NCBI GenBank assembly: GCA_902485915.1
Contig: CABTMH010000169.1
Location: forward strand, 1-50,765
DNA from: an uncultured Oribacterium sp.
GTDB taxonomy: Bacteria > Bacillota > Clostridia > Lachnospirales > Lachnospiraceae
Direction of reading: 5' to 3'
DNA length: 50,765 nt
In this document: positions 27,732 to 37,570 of the stretch, piece after piece
Numbering within the stretch: the first letter of the stretch is position 1
Layout of the letters: each line of letters opens with the position of its first letter
Notes under the pieces: generated by a model
Seen by the model: only the letters and a program-made list of their open reading frames with translations
Told to the model about the DNA's origin: nothing
Databases searched by the model: none
Made by a program: the position numbers and the translations under genes

Positions 27732-27857
27732 TCCTGAAATGAGGAGACCCCGGTGAAGCCGAAGCTCCACCGGGGCAATTATGAAAAATCTATCAATTGG
27801 AGAAAAATACCAACATTCATGTTGCACAGAACGCTTTCTTCATCTAACTTTCTGTAC
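27727..27857 (-). ncRNA. Candidate small RNA B (apparent paralogue of A)
   Basis: Minus strand: 5' stem TGTACAGAA/TTCTGTGCA, then GATTTTTCATAAT, 12-bp stem CCCCGGTGGAGC-TTCG-GCTTCACCGGGG, then CTCCTC. Confidence 0.6.
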
Positions 27858-27863
27858 ATTGTT

Positions 27864-27896
27864 AATATAATCTCGAAATATGAATAAATTATGAAC
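27864..27896 (-). promoter_or_regulatory. GTTCAT-N5-ATTCAT repeat, 10 nt, TATATT -10 (promoter of candidate sRNA B)
   Basis: Minus strand GTTCAT(27896)-aattt-ATTCAT(27885), 10 nt, TATATT(27869-27864); same spacing as at 3615-3636. Confidence 0.55.
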
Positions 27897-28003
27897 AAAC
27901 GGTAAATGTTTTTGCTTTTTGAAATATTTCGACTGATTGAGTTGCTGTCGCATTTGTGGTAACGTATAACAAGTAAACTTAGCTTTATCTGTTAGGAGAA
28001 TAC

Positions 28004-29722
28004 ATGCCGAAAAATAAAACACTGATCCCGCATAACACGGAGCGTGAGGTGCTGGTCACGGGCCATCGTAACCCGGATACCGACTCCATCTGCGCTGCGA
28101 TCGCATACGCAAACCTGAAAAATAAAATCACCGGCAGCTGTAAGTACATCCCTTGTCGCGCCGGCGAGCCATCCCGTGAGACCGCCTTCGTTCTCGATTA
28201 CTTCGAGGTTCCGGAACCACGGCTGATCACCACCGTAAAGACCCAGGTCTCCGATATCGAGTACCGTCAGACCCCGGGTGTAAATAAAAACATGTCCCTC
28301 AAGAAGGCATGGACCATGATGAACGAGGGCAATGTCGTCACCCTTCCAGTCGTCACGAAACGGAACGCCCTGGAAGGCGTCATCACCATCGGCGATATCG
28401 CGAAGTCATATTTTAATGTCTATGACTCGCAGATCATCTCGAAGGCGCATACACAGTTTTCAAACATCCAGGAAACACTGGAAGCGACCGTCGTTACCGG
28501 TGATGTCAAGCGCTTCTGCACCGAGGGAAAGGTGCTGATCGCAGCCGCCAACCCGGAGATGATGTCCTACTATATCGAGAAGCACGACATCGTCCTCCTC
28601 GGAAACCGTGCGGAGAATCAGCTCTCTGCGATGGATAACGGTGCCGACTGCATCATCATCTGTGAGGGTGCGGATGTTTCTCCGACCATCAAGGCACTGG
28701 CCGAGCAGAACGGTATGATCATCATGGTCACCAGCTACGACGCCTATACCGCAGCGCGACTCATCAACCAGTCGATGCCGATCAACTACTTCATGACGGA
28801 GGATAATCTGATTACCTTCACCGAGGACGACTTCGTGGATGATATCCATGACATCATGGCGAGCAAGCGTCACCGTGATTTCCCGGTCCTCAGTAAGGAC
28901 GGTTCCTACCTCGGTATGATTTCCCGCCGAAATCTCCTCGGAAATCATGGCAAGCAGGTCATCCTCGTGGATCATAACGAAGCCGGACAGGCGGTCGAGG
29001 GCATCGAATCTGCCGACATCCTCGAGATCATCGATCACCATAAGATCGGTGCCGTGCAGACCATGTCCCCGGTATACTTCCGAAACCAGCCGCTCGGCTG
29101 CTGCTCGACGATCATCACGATGATGTACCGTGAGAGTGGCGTGGAGATCGATCGTACGACGGCCGGTCTTCTGATGTCTGCGATCATCTCTGATACCCTG
29201 CTCTTCCGTTCGCCGACCTGCACGCCGAAGGATGAGAAGACCGCACGTGAGCTTGCGGAGATCGTCGGTGTCGACATCGAGAAGTACGCCTTCGATATGT
29301 TCTCCGCCGGCTCGAACCTGAAGGGGAAAACCATCAAGGAAATCTTCTACCAGGATTTCAAGCACTTCAAGGCCGGCAAGGTCGACTTCGGTGTCAGCCA
29401 GGTAACCTCCCTGAATAAGGAAGAGCTCGAAAGCATGAAGGACGCGCTGGAGGATTTCGCCCTCGAGGCGATGAAGATCGAGGGAATCGACATGAGCTTC
29501 ATCATGCTGACGAACATCCTCGAGCGCAGTACCGACCTCCTGGCCATCGGATCCGGCGCAGGCCCGCTCGTGAATACTGCCTTCGCCGTAGAATCAGTGC
29601 GGAGACCTGCACGAAGCGAAGGCGAGAAGGCAGTCGATGCCTGGTCCGTCGAGCTTCCGGGTGTTGTTTCACGTAAGAAGCAGCTCGTGCCACAGCTGAC
29701 CCTTTTCGCAGAGCAGCTGTAA
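28004..29722 (+). CDS. ppaC: Mn-dependent family II inorganic pyrophosphatase with a CBS-DRTGG-CBS insert
   Basis: Motifs GHRNPDTDS, LVDHNE, IIDHH, AIISDTL and GVVSRKKQ. Confidence 0.93.
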   Translation: MPKNKTLIPHNTEREVLVTGHRNPDTDSICAAIAYANLKNKITGSCKYIPCRAGEPSRETAFVLDYFEVPEPRLITTVKTQVSDIEYRQTPGVNKNMSLKKAWTMMNEGNVVTLPVVTKRNALEGVITIGDIAKSYFNVYDSQIISKAHTQFSNIQETLEATVVTGDVKRFCTEGKVLIAAANPEMMSYYIEKHDIVLLGNRAENQLSAMDNGADCIIICEGADVSPTIKALAEQNGMIIMVTSYDAYTAARLINQSMPINYFMTEDNLITFTEDDFVDDIHDIMASKRHRDFPVLSKDGSYLGMISRRNLLGNHGKQVILVDHNEAGQAVEGIESADILEIIDHHKIGAVQTMSPVYFRNQPLGCCSTIITMMYRESGVEIDRTTAGLLMSAIISDTLLFRSPTCTPKDEKTARELAEIVGVDIEKYAFDMFSAGSNLKGKTIKEIFYQDFKHFKAGKVDFGVSQVTSLNKEELESMKDALEDFALEAMKIEGIDMSFIMLTNILERSTDLLAIGSGAGPLVNTAFAVESVRRPARSEGEKAVDAWSVELPGVVSRKKQLVPQLTLFAEQL

Positions 29723-29796
29723 AGTACGTGCACGATCAGAGGCTGAAGCCAGTCCTTCAGCCACGTTCTGGAGAAGTGGAATAGAGAGGAGACACT

Positions 29797-30321
29797 ATGA
29801 ACATTACGATGATCGGAATGCCATCCAGCGGCAAGTCCACCGTCGGCGTACTGCTGGCGAAGCGACTGGGGATGAGCTTTGTGGATGTCGATATCGTCAT
29901 CCAGGAGAAGACGGGGAAGCTTCTGAAGGAAATCATCGCTGAAAAAGGACAGCAGGGCTTCCTGCAGGTCGAAGGCGATATCGCGGCGGGGCTCGATGTA
30001 GAGAACTCGGTCATCGCACCGGGTGGCTCCATCTGTTACGAGGACTGGGCGATGCAGCACCTCCGGTCCATCGGTAAGGTCGTCTACCTCGACATCAGCT
30101 ACGATGAGATGGTACGCCGCATCGGTAACATCGTCGACCGTGGCGTCGCGATTCCGGATGGCTACACACTGAAAGACCTGTATGATGAACGGACCCGCCT
30201 CTATGAAAAGTATGCGGATATCCGCATCGATGAGCGTGGCAAGAGCCTGGGACAGGTCGTGGATGAGCTGCGCAGGATCTTCACAACACAGTATAAGGAT
30301 GAACTGAATCTGCCGCGGTAA
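29797..30321 (+). CDS. aroK: Shikimate kinase
   Basis: Motifs IGMPSSGKSTVG, VIAPGGS and ER..LYEKYAD. Confidence 0.88.
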   Translation: MNITMIGMPSSGKSTVGVLLAKRLGMSFVDVDIVIQEKTGKLLKEIIAEKGQQGFLQVEGDIAAGLDVENSVIAPGGSICYEDWAMQHLRSIGKVVYLDISYDEMVRRIGNIVDRGVAIPDGYTLKDLYDERTRLYEKYADIRIDERGKSLGQVVDELRRIFTTQYKDELNLPR

Positions 30322-30453
30322 ACCAGCCTCCTCCATTCATGCGAGGCTGGTGCATAAGATGCATACGGCCACTGCACGCTGGAAGCATCATGACGTGAAC
30401 GCAGGCTGTCGACTGCGCGCATCCGATAGAACATGGATACAGGAGGAAAAGAG

Positions 30454-33087
30454 ATGGCGGATAATTATACAAAACGACTGGTGCTGGGAATCCTCGCACA
30501 CGTAGATGCGGGGAAGACGACGCTGTCGGAGCGAATTCTCTATACTTCCGGACGCATCCAGAAGCTGGGAAGAGTAGATAAGGGCGATGCCTATCTCGAT
30601 ACCGACCAGATGGAGAAGGAACGCGGCATCACCATCTTTTCGAAGATGGCGAGCTTTCAGCTTCAGGATATCGCGGTGACCCTCCTCGATACGCCAGGAC
30701 ATGTGGATTTTTCCGCCGAGATGGAGAAGACCCTGTCCGTGATGGATTATGCGATCCTCGTGGTCAATGGTGCGGATGGTGTACAGGGACACACCGAGAC
30801 CCTATGGCGTCTGCTGGAACGCTACCATGTTCCGTGTTTCGTGTTCGTAAACAAGATGGATCAGCCGGGGACGGAGAAGTCAGCCCTGATGGCAGATCTG
30901 GAAAAACACTTCGGTATGCGCCTCGTTGATTTCAGCGAGGCCGGCCGCTACGCGATGGCCGAGGCGCTGAAGGAAAATATCGCCATGTGCGACGAGCACT
31001 GCATGGAGCGCTACCTCGAAACCGGTGTCCTCGAGCCGAAGGATGTGCGGAACATGATCCTCGACCGGAAGCTCTTTCCGGTATTTTTCGGTTCGGCACT
31101 GAAGGGCGATGGCGTGGAGGCACTGCTCCAGGGGATGTACCAGCTGATCGAAATTCCGCTCTATCCGACGAGCTTCGGGGCCCGCGTGTTTAAGATCGGA
31201 CGGGATGCACAGGGCCATCGCCTTTCCTATATGAAGATTACCGGTGGCGAGCTGAAGGTGCGTGCCGAGCTTCTGCCAGGCGAGAAGGTGCCGGAGCTTC
31301 GTTTCTACAGCGGTGTGAAGTATACCACCGCGGATATGGCGGAAGCCGGATCCGTCGTGGCGATCCCGGATCTTCCAGGACTGAAGACCGGCGACAGCCT
31401 CGGCTGTGAGCCGGCAGGACGTGACCCGAGTCTGCGTCCGGTGCTGGACTATCAGCTCGTATCCGAAGATGTGGATGCGCTGGAGCTCTATCGGAAGCTG
31501 CAGTCGCTTGCCGATGAATTCCCGGAGCTCCATATCCGTTGGGACAGTACGCAGAAGGAGATTCACATTCATCTCATGGGGGAGGTCCAGACCGAGATCC
31601 TGAAGCGCATGGTGAAGGAGCGCTATGGTATCGAGATCGGGTTTTCAGCCGGTCGCATCCTCTACCAGGAAACGATTGCGGGACCGGTCGAGGGTGTGGG
31701 CCATTTCGAGCCGCTCCGACACTATGCCGAGGTGCATCTTCTGCTGGAACCACTTCCGCGCGGCAGCGGTCTTCAGTTCCGAACCGACTGTTCCACCGAT
31801 GCGCTGGCGATCAACTGGCAGCGTCTCGTACTGACCCACTTAAAGGAGCGTGAGCATATCGGTGTGCTCACCGGCAGCCCGGTCACCGATCTTCGCTTCA
31901 CACTCGTGGCCGGACGGGCCAGCAACAAGCATACCGAGGGTGGCGATTTCCGTGAGGCGACCTACCGGGCGGTGCGCCAGGGTCTCCGGAAGGCGGAGAA
32001 CATCCTGCTGGAGCCGTACTATGCCTTCACGCTCGAGATTCCGACCGACTATGTCGGCCGTGCGATGACGGATCTCTCAAATATGAACGCACACTTCGGC
32101 TCTCCGGAGATGAAGGGGGAGCGGGCAGTACTCGAGGGTACCGCACCGGTCGTTCGGATGCGGAACTATCATCAGGAGGTGATGGTCTACACGAAGGGGC
32201 TGGGCAGTCTCACTCTGCGCTTCAGCGGCTATGATCGCTGTCATAATCCGGAGGAGGTGATCCTCGCCCGGGGCTATGACCCGGATCAGGATATCCTGAA
32301 TCCATGCTCCTCCGTCTTCTGTGCGCATGGTACCGGCTTCATCGTGCCGTTTGATGAGGTGGAGAGCTACATGCATGTCGAGTCACCGCTTGCACTGGAT
32401 GGCCCGGTGGAGAAGCGTGACTTCGAAGCGGATGCCCTGCGCCTCGAGCGTATGCATGAGGGGAAGAAGGACGAGGGCTACCGGAGCGGCGGTCATTACA
32501 TCGCTGATCAGGAGCTCGAGGATATCTTCGTGCGTACCTATGGACCGATCAAAAACCGGGCGAAGGACATGAACATCGCGAGTGCCCGCACCATCCGTGC
32601 GCGGGAAAAGGAAGCAAATCTCGCAGAGAACCGCCGGGTGAAGAAACCGCTGGTGAAGAAAAAGAATTATCTGCTCGTGGATGGCTATAACATCGTGTTT
32701 GCCTGGGAGGAGCTGAAGACACTGGCCGCGGTGAATCTCGATGCCGCGCGCGGAAAGCTCCTCGATATCCTCTCGAACTATGCCGGTTATACCGGTGTCG
32801 AGCTGATCGTCGTGTTCGATGCCTATCGTGTGGCAGGGCATGTCGTAGAGCAGACGAAGTACCATAACATCTACGTGGTCTTCACGCGGGAAGCGATGAC
32901 GGCCGACGAGTACATCGAGGAGGAGACCCACGAGCTCTCGAAGCAGTATAACGTCACCGTGGCGACCTCGGATAAGGTGGTGCAGGTCATCACCTGGGGA
33001 AGCGGTGCCGTCCTGTGGTCCGCCCAGGACCTGCTTCGTGAGGTGCAGCGCTGTGAAGGAGAGATCCGAAAGGAGTGGCATGTTTAA
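30454..33087 (+). CDS. TetM/EF-G-like translational GTPase fused to a C-terminal NYN (YacP/Rae1-like) RNase domain
   Basis: G1 AHVDAGKT, G2 RGITI, G3 DTPGH, G4 NKMD, LLEPYY; C-terminal LLVDGYNI...VVFDA...TADEYIE...VATSD. ATG 30454 after AGGAGG. Confidence 0.88.
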   Translation: MADNYTKRLVLGILAHVDAGKTTLSERILYTSGRIQKLGRVDKGDAYLDTDQMEKERGITIFSKMASFQLQDIAVTLLDTPGHVDFSAEMEKTLSVMDYAILVVNGADGVQGHTETLWRLLERYHVPCFVFVNKMDQPGTEKSALMADLEKHFGMRLVDFSEAGRYAMAEALKENIAMCDEHCMERYLETGVLEPKDVRNMILDRKLFPVFFGSALKGDGVEALLQGMYQLIEIPLYPTSFGARVFKIGRDAQGHRLSYMKITGGELKVRAELLPGEKVPELRFYSGVKYTTADMAEAGSVVAIPDLPGLKTGDSLGCEPAGRDPSLRPVLDYQLVSEDVDALELYRKLQSLADEFPELHIRWDSTQKEIHIHLMGEVQTEILKRMVKERYGIEIGFSAGRILYQETIAGPVEGVGHFEPLRHYAEVHLLLEPLPRGSGLQFRTDCSTDALAINWQRLVLTHLKEREHIGVLTGSPVTDLRFTLVAGRASNKHTEGGDFREATYRAVRQGLRKAENILLEPYYAFTLEIPTDYVGRAMTDLSNMNAHFGSPEMKGERAVLEGTAPVVRMRNYHQEVMVYTKGLGSLTLRFSGYDRCHNPEEVILARGYDPDQDILNPCSSVFCAHGTGFIVPFDEVESYMHVESPLALDGPVEKRDFEADALRLERMHEGKKDEGYRSGGHYIADQELEDIFVRTYGPIKNRAKDMNIASARTIRAREKEANLAENRRVKKPLVKKKNYLLVDGYNIVFAWEELKTLAAVNLDAARGKLLDILSNYAGYTGVELIVVFDAYRVAGHVVEQTKYHNIYVVFTREAMTADEYIEEETHELSKQYNVTVATSDKVVQVITWGSGAVLWSAQDLLREVQRCEGEIRKEWHV

Positions 33088-34606
33088 GCGTCAGTGGTGG
33101 CGTATGTCCATCGACCGGAAGGTGCAGAGCTTTGCAGCTGTGATCGTATTCATCATACTGGTCTCGGCCGGCTTCGCCATATTCACGATGAACTATTCTC
33201 TCCGCGACTACGGTCAGCTCCTCGATGAGAACCGCGCCTGCCAGTCCTTCATGAAGGCGATGGAGGAGGAGGGGCATGCCTTCGCCGGCTATGTTTCTGC
33301 CGGTACCGAAACGGCTCGGGATACACTCGAGAAGGCGATTCACCGTACGGAGCGCTCGATCGATGCGCTTCCGTTTGATTATGAAACCATCGGAGCAGAA
33401 CGCTATGCCCGTACCTGGAACATCCAGAATGCCTATCAGCAGTATGCGGCGTTCCGTGACGAGATGCTGTCTGGAAGCATGAATCGGACCGACTTCCTGA
33501 AGCATCTCAATGAATACAATCAGCGGGAGGATTACCTCGAGCAGTATTCCCGCCGGCTGCTGCAGCTGACCGTAGAGGCTGGCTCGAGTGCGTATACCGA
33601 GAAGCTCCCGCTCTTCCGGGTGCTGCCGTTTATTTTTGTTAACTTTACGCTGATTATGCTCGTCATCGTCGTAGAGATGGGAAACGTGATGAAGGAATCC
33701 ATCGCGAAGCCGGTCCGGGAGCTCAGCCAGGAGGCGCAGCGCATCGCCCGTTCCGACTTCTCTGGCGAGGATATCCACGTAGAAAATCGGGATGATCTCG
33801 GTGAGCTCGTGTCGATCTTTAACGACATGAAGCATGCGATGGAGGAGAATATAAAGACGATTCAGGAAAACCATCGGATGACCGAGCTGCTGCAGCAGGA
33901 GAAGCTCGAGAACAGCGAGATGGAGAAACGGCTCAATGCAAATCGGCTTGAGCTGCTGAAGAGCCAGATCAACCCGCATTTCCTCTTTAATACACTGAAT
34001 ATGATCGGCTCCATGGCGGATCTCGAGGATGCCCCGACGACCGAGAAGATGACGCAGTCGCTTGCACAGCTCTTCCGGTATAATCTGAATACACGCGAGC
34101 AGATCGTGCCGATCGAAATGGAACTCCGCATCGCTGAAAACTATATGTATCTTCAGAAGATGCGTTTCGGAAGTCGCATACAGTATCAGGTGATCACGCC
34201 GGAAGACATCAGCCATATTCGTATTCCGTCCTTTACGATGCAGCCGCTGGTGGAAAATGCCATCGTACACGGTCTGTCGAAGAAGGAACAGGGCGGTACG
34301 GTTTCCGTTACCGTGACCGAGGATCCGACGACGCAGATCGTCACCCTCCTGATCGAGGACGATGGACTGGGGATCGCGGAAGAACGACTGTCCGCACTGA
34401 ACGCCCGCATGCATAACCCGGAGGAAAATAAGACTGCGCGGATCGGCATCGGTCTCGGCAATATCTATCGCCGGATTCGTACACTCTACCCGGAGGGTGG
34501 TGATCTCAGCATTGACGCAAAGGAAGGCATCGGTACACGCATCACACTGACGATCCCACAGGAACGGGAGGGAGTGGAAGCGCGTCCGGCGCCGGAGGGG
34601 GTCTGA
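33080..34606 (+). CDS. YesM/LytS-type sensor histidine kinase
   Basis: Two TMs, HAMP domain, SQINPHFLFNTLN, QPLVENAIVHG, DDGLG, GIGLGNI; ATG 33080 after AAGGAG. Confidence 0.93.
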   Translation: MFKRQWWRMSIDRKVQSFAAVIVFIILVSAGFAIFTMNYSLRDYGQLLDENRACQSFMKAMEEEGHAFAGYVSAGTETARDTLEKAIHRTERSIDALPFDYETIGAERYARTWNIQNAYQQYAAFRDEMLSGSMNRTDFLKHLNEYNQREDYLEQYSRRLLQLTVEAGSSAYTEKLPLFRVLPFIFVNFTLIMLVIVVEMGNVMKESIAKPVRELSQEAQRIARSDFSGEDIHVENRDDLGELVSIFNDMKHAMEENIKTIQENHRMTELLQQEKLENSEMEKRLNANRLELLKSQINPHFLFNTLNMIGSMADLEDAPTTEKMTQSLAQLFRYNLNTREQIVPIEMELRIAENYMYLQKMRFGSRIQYQVITPEDISHIRIPSFTMQPLVENAIVHGLSKKEQGGTVSVTVTEDPTTQIVTLLIEDDGLGIAEERLSALNARMHNPEENKTARIGIGLGNIYRRIRTLYPEGGDLSIDAKEGIGTRITLTIPQEREGVEARPAPEGV

Positions 34607-34683
34607 CCCATCTGCAACATGCTTAAGACGAAGGGGAGCAGATCCCGTCAGGTTTCAATTTATAGTGAGGAAAGGAGCTGCGT

Positions 34684-35502
34684 ATGTACAGAATTCTGGT
34701 GGCAGATGATGAGGCCATCGAGCGGAAGGTGCTGGTGAAAAAGCTGCGCCAGAAGTTCGGTGAGGAAACGGCGGAATTTTACGAGGCGGAGAACGGGCGC
34801 GAGGTACTGAAGCTGTATGAGGAAAAGGGCGCGGATATCCTGCTGCTGGACATCGAGATGCCCGGCATCACGGGACTGGAGGCAGCGGAGCAGATTCGTC
34901 AGAAGGACCGGGACTGTGCCATCCTTTTTCTAACCGCCTTTAATGAGTTTGACTATGCACGAAAGGCGATTTCGGTGCATGCGCTCGATTATCTTCTGAA
35001 GCCGTATGATGAGACGGAGCTGTTTCTCTCGATGGATTCGGCGATGCACTATGTCGATGAGGTGAAGGCTGGTCAGCTTCAGCCACTGCCACAGGTGGAG
35101 ACGGAAGCTTCGTCCGGTGGATCCTCCGGGATGGAAACGCCGGGGCAGAGCGAAGCAGGCCATGCACAGGAAGAAAGTGGTGAGGACAGGATCGTATCCC
35201 GTATGCGCCACTACGTGGAGACGCACTATATGGAGGACGTCTCCGTACTCGATATTGCAAGTGCCTTCGGCTACAGCGAGGCGTACTTCTGTAAGCTCTT
35301 CAAGCAGAACTTCGGAAAGAATTTCGTGACCTATCTGACAGAGTACAGGGTAGAGCTCGCGAAGAAGGAGCTCGCGGATCTTTCCTGCAACGTAAAGGAA
35401 GTAGGGCAGCGGGTCGGCTATGCGGACAGTAATTACTTCACGAAGGTGTTCCGCCGGATCACCGGCATGAGTCCGTCCGAGTATCGAAATCATCTGGGCT
35501 GA
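34684..35502 (+). CDS. YesN-type response regulator (receiver domain plus AraC HTH)
   Basis: Motifs ADDE, LLDIEMPG, YLLKP and YFTKVFRRITGMSPSEYR. Confidence 0.95.
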   Translation: MYRILVADDEAIERKVLVKKLRQKFGEETAEFYEAENGREVLKLYEEKGADILLLDIEMPGITGLEAAEQIRQKDRDCAILFLTAFNEFDYARKAISVHALDYLLKPYDETELFLSMDSAMHYVDEVKAGQLQPLPQVETEASSGGSSGMETPGQSEAGHAQEESGEDRIVSRMRHYVETHYMEDVSVLDIASAFGYSEAYFCKLFKQNFGKNFVTYLTEYRVELAKKELADLSCNVKEVGQRVGYADSNYFTKVFRRITGMSPSEYRNHLG

Positions 35503-35616
35503 TTGTTCATAAAAACGTCATAATGGTGAGAGAAGCTATCATCTGCTGTGAATATCGCACAGATTACATTTCTTATTTTTGTACACTATGATAAAAGTGA
35601 ATAATAATTGTGAACA

Positions 35617-35684
35617 AAATGTTAAAATAGTACGGCAAATGTCAGAATTTTCCTCTGTCTCGACGCAGAATTGTTCTTTATAAT
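35617..35684 (+). promoter_or_regulatory. Putative activator-dependent TRAP promoter with a 20-bp-spaced direct repeat
   Basis: AAATGTTAAAAT (35617) and AAATGTCAGAAT (35637); TATAAT at 35679 with a poor -35. Confidence 0.45.
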
Positions 35685-35751
35685 GTACCTATGTGTGAAA
35701 GACATCCGCAGAGTGTGGATGTCAAATTATACAAAATGGAGGATATCTATT

Positions 35752-36912
35752 ATGAAGAAGAGAATCTTAAGTGGCGTTCTCGCCGCAACCATGGTTGCAT
35801 CCCTTGCAGCCTGTGGCTCATCCAAGCCGGCTGAGACTACTGCAGCAGCTACTACGGCAGCAGCTACGGAGGCAGCTACCGAGGCAGCTGCTGAGGAGAC
35901 CACTGCAGCAGCAGAGGAGAAGGCTACCGAGGCCGCAGCAGACGGTGAGTACACTGTGAACGAGGCTGCAGCAGCTGACCCGGCTGTTACCCTGACCATG
36001 GCAGAGGTTAACCCGCTCGAGGGTACCATCTGCGGACAGATGGATACCAAGTTTAAGGAGGCTGTTGAGGCGATCTCCGGTGGTTCCATCACCATCGACC
36101 TTCAGGCATCCGGCGTACTCGGCGCAGAGCAGGACGTTCTTGACTCTATGCTCGGCGGTGGCGGAGACATCGATATGTCCCGTATCTCTGCATTCGCTCT
36201 GACTTCCTACGGCGCATCCAAGTCCGTTCTTCTTTCTCTCCCGTACGTTTTCGAGTCCAGAGAGCATTTCTGGAACTTCGTACACAGCGATCTCGGCGCA
36301 GAGATTCTGAACGAGTCTGAGGAGGCTGGTGTTGGTATCAAGGGCCTCTTCTACGGCGAGGAGGGCTTCAGACACTTCTTCACAGTTGAGAGCAAGCCGG
36401 TTTCTACCGTTGCTGATCTTAAGAACATGAAGATCCGTGTTTCTAACGACCCGATCATGCAGAAGATGGTTTCTTCTCTCGGTGCAAACCCTGCATCTGT
36501 TTCCATGACCGAGCTTTACTCCGCACTTCAGACAAACACGGTGGATGGTGCTGGTCAGCCGATCGCAAACTATGCTTCCAACCGTTTCGACGAGGTAGGT
36601 CCGAACCTTACACTGGATGGTCACACACTGGGCGCAATCGAGGTTGTTATCTCTGATGAGTCCTGGAACAACAAGCTGACCGACAACCAGAGAGACGTTA
36701 TCACCGAGGCTTCCAAGATCGCTTCTGATTACTGCCAGAAGATCGCTGCTGAGACAGAGGAGAAGGTTCTCGAGGAGCTCAAGGGCCGTGGCTGCAACGT
36801 CATCGAGATCGCTGATAAGTCCGAGTGGGAGGCTGCATGCGCACCGATCACCGAGGAGTATGCTACCGGCGAGCTTAAGGATGTGCTTGATCAGATCAAG
36901 GCACTTGCTTAA
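35752..36912 (+). CDS. dctP: TRAP transporter substrate-binding lipoprotein (DctP family)
   Basis: Lipobox LAAC, Ala/Thr/Glu linker, LSLPYVF, GFRHF, DLKNMKIRV, ELYSALQT. Confidence 0.93.
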   Translation: MKKRILSGVLAATMVASLAACGSSKPAETTAAATTAAATEAATEAAAEETTAAAEEKATEAAADGEYTVNEAAAADPAVTLTMAEVNPLEGTICGQMDTKFKEAVEAISGGSITIDLQASGVLGAEQDVLDSMLGGGGDIDMSRISAFALTSYGASKSVLLSLPYVFESREHFWNFVHSDLGAEILNESEEAGVGIKGLFYGEEGFRHFFTVESKPVSTVADLKNMKIRVSNDPIMQKMVSSLGANPASVSMTELYSALQTNTVDGAGQPIANYASNRFDEVGPNLTLDGHTLGAIEVVISDESWNNKLTDNQRDVITEASKIASDYCQKIAAETEEKVLEELKGRGCNVIEIADKSEWEAACAPITEEYATGELKDVLDQIKALA

Positions 36913-36954
36913 TCTTTAAAAAGTAACCAGACGTCATTTTCGAATGACATGTAG

Positions 36955-36987
36955 TGAGGTGCTCACGGCGTGTCCGTGAGCACCTCA
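36955..36987 (+). other. Intercistronic stem-loop after dctP (probable mRNA stabiliser)
   Basis: TGAGGTGCTCACGG-cgtgt-CCGTGAGCACCTCA with no adjacent U-tract. Confidence 0.6.
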
Positions 36988-37007
36988 TCGTTTTAGAAGG
37001 GGGATCT

Positions 37008-37568
37008 ATGCTTGACGCTTTAAAAAAGTTTGAGCCAATCTATGATTGGGTTTACAAAATCGTCATGGTGCTCTGTAAGCTGCTTCTCGTAGCTGATATC
37101 CTCATCATGACCTGGGTTGTACTGGGACGTTACCTCACCTTCTTACCGGCGCCAGGCTGGGGCGAGGAGACGATCCTGACACTGATGGCCTATATGTCCG
37201 TGCTTTCTGCGGCACTGGCTATCCGTCGTAATGCACATATTCGTATGACGACCTTCGATCGTTATCTTCCGACGGGGCTTCTGAAGGCCCTGGATCTTCT
37301 CGATGATATCGCTGTCATGATACTGGCGATCATCATGCTGGTCGTCGGCTGGAAGTATGCGAACGGCATCGGTGCGAAGGGTTCCTTCATCTCCATGCCA
37401 TGGCTCAGTAAGAAGTGGATGTATTTCCCGATTCCGCTGGCCGGCTTCGCGATGATTTTCTTCGAGCTGGAGCGCTTAGTGATCGATATCGAGCACATCC
37501 TGGATAAGAATTATAAGCCGGATGACGGCATGCATTTTGAAACACCGGATGAAAAGGAGGCGAAATAA
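37008..37568 (+). CDS. dctQ: TRAP small permease
   Basis: Four TMs; VLGRY, WGEE and HIRM motifs. Confidence 0.9.
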   Translation: MLDALKKFEPIYDWVYKIVMVLCKLLLVADILIMTWVVLGRYLTFLPAPGWGEETILTLMAYMSVLSAALAIRRNAHIRMTTFDRYLPTGLLKALDLLDDIAVMILAIIMLVVGWKYANGIGAKGSFISMPWLSKKWMYFPIPLAGFAMIFFELERLVIDIEHILDKNYKPDDGMHFETPDEKEAK

Positions 37569-37570
37569 TT

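Noticed and set aside
27781..27870. 29-codon + strand ORF MKNLSIGEKY...
   Set aside because: The GAGGAG is about 35 nt upstream behind a hairpin, and the UUCG loop, G-U pair and promoter all favour a minus-strand RNA. Not fully excluded.
30454..33087. Tetracycline resistance gene (tetM/tetO)
   Set aside because: Longer than ribosomal protection proteins, carries an NYN fusion, and sits in a core context with no mobile element.
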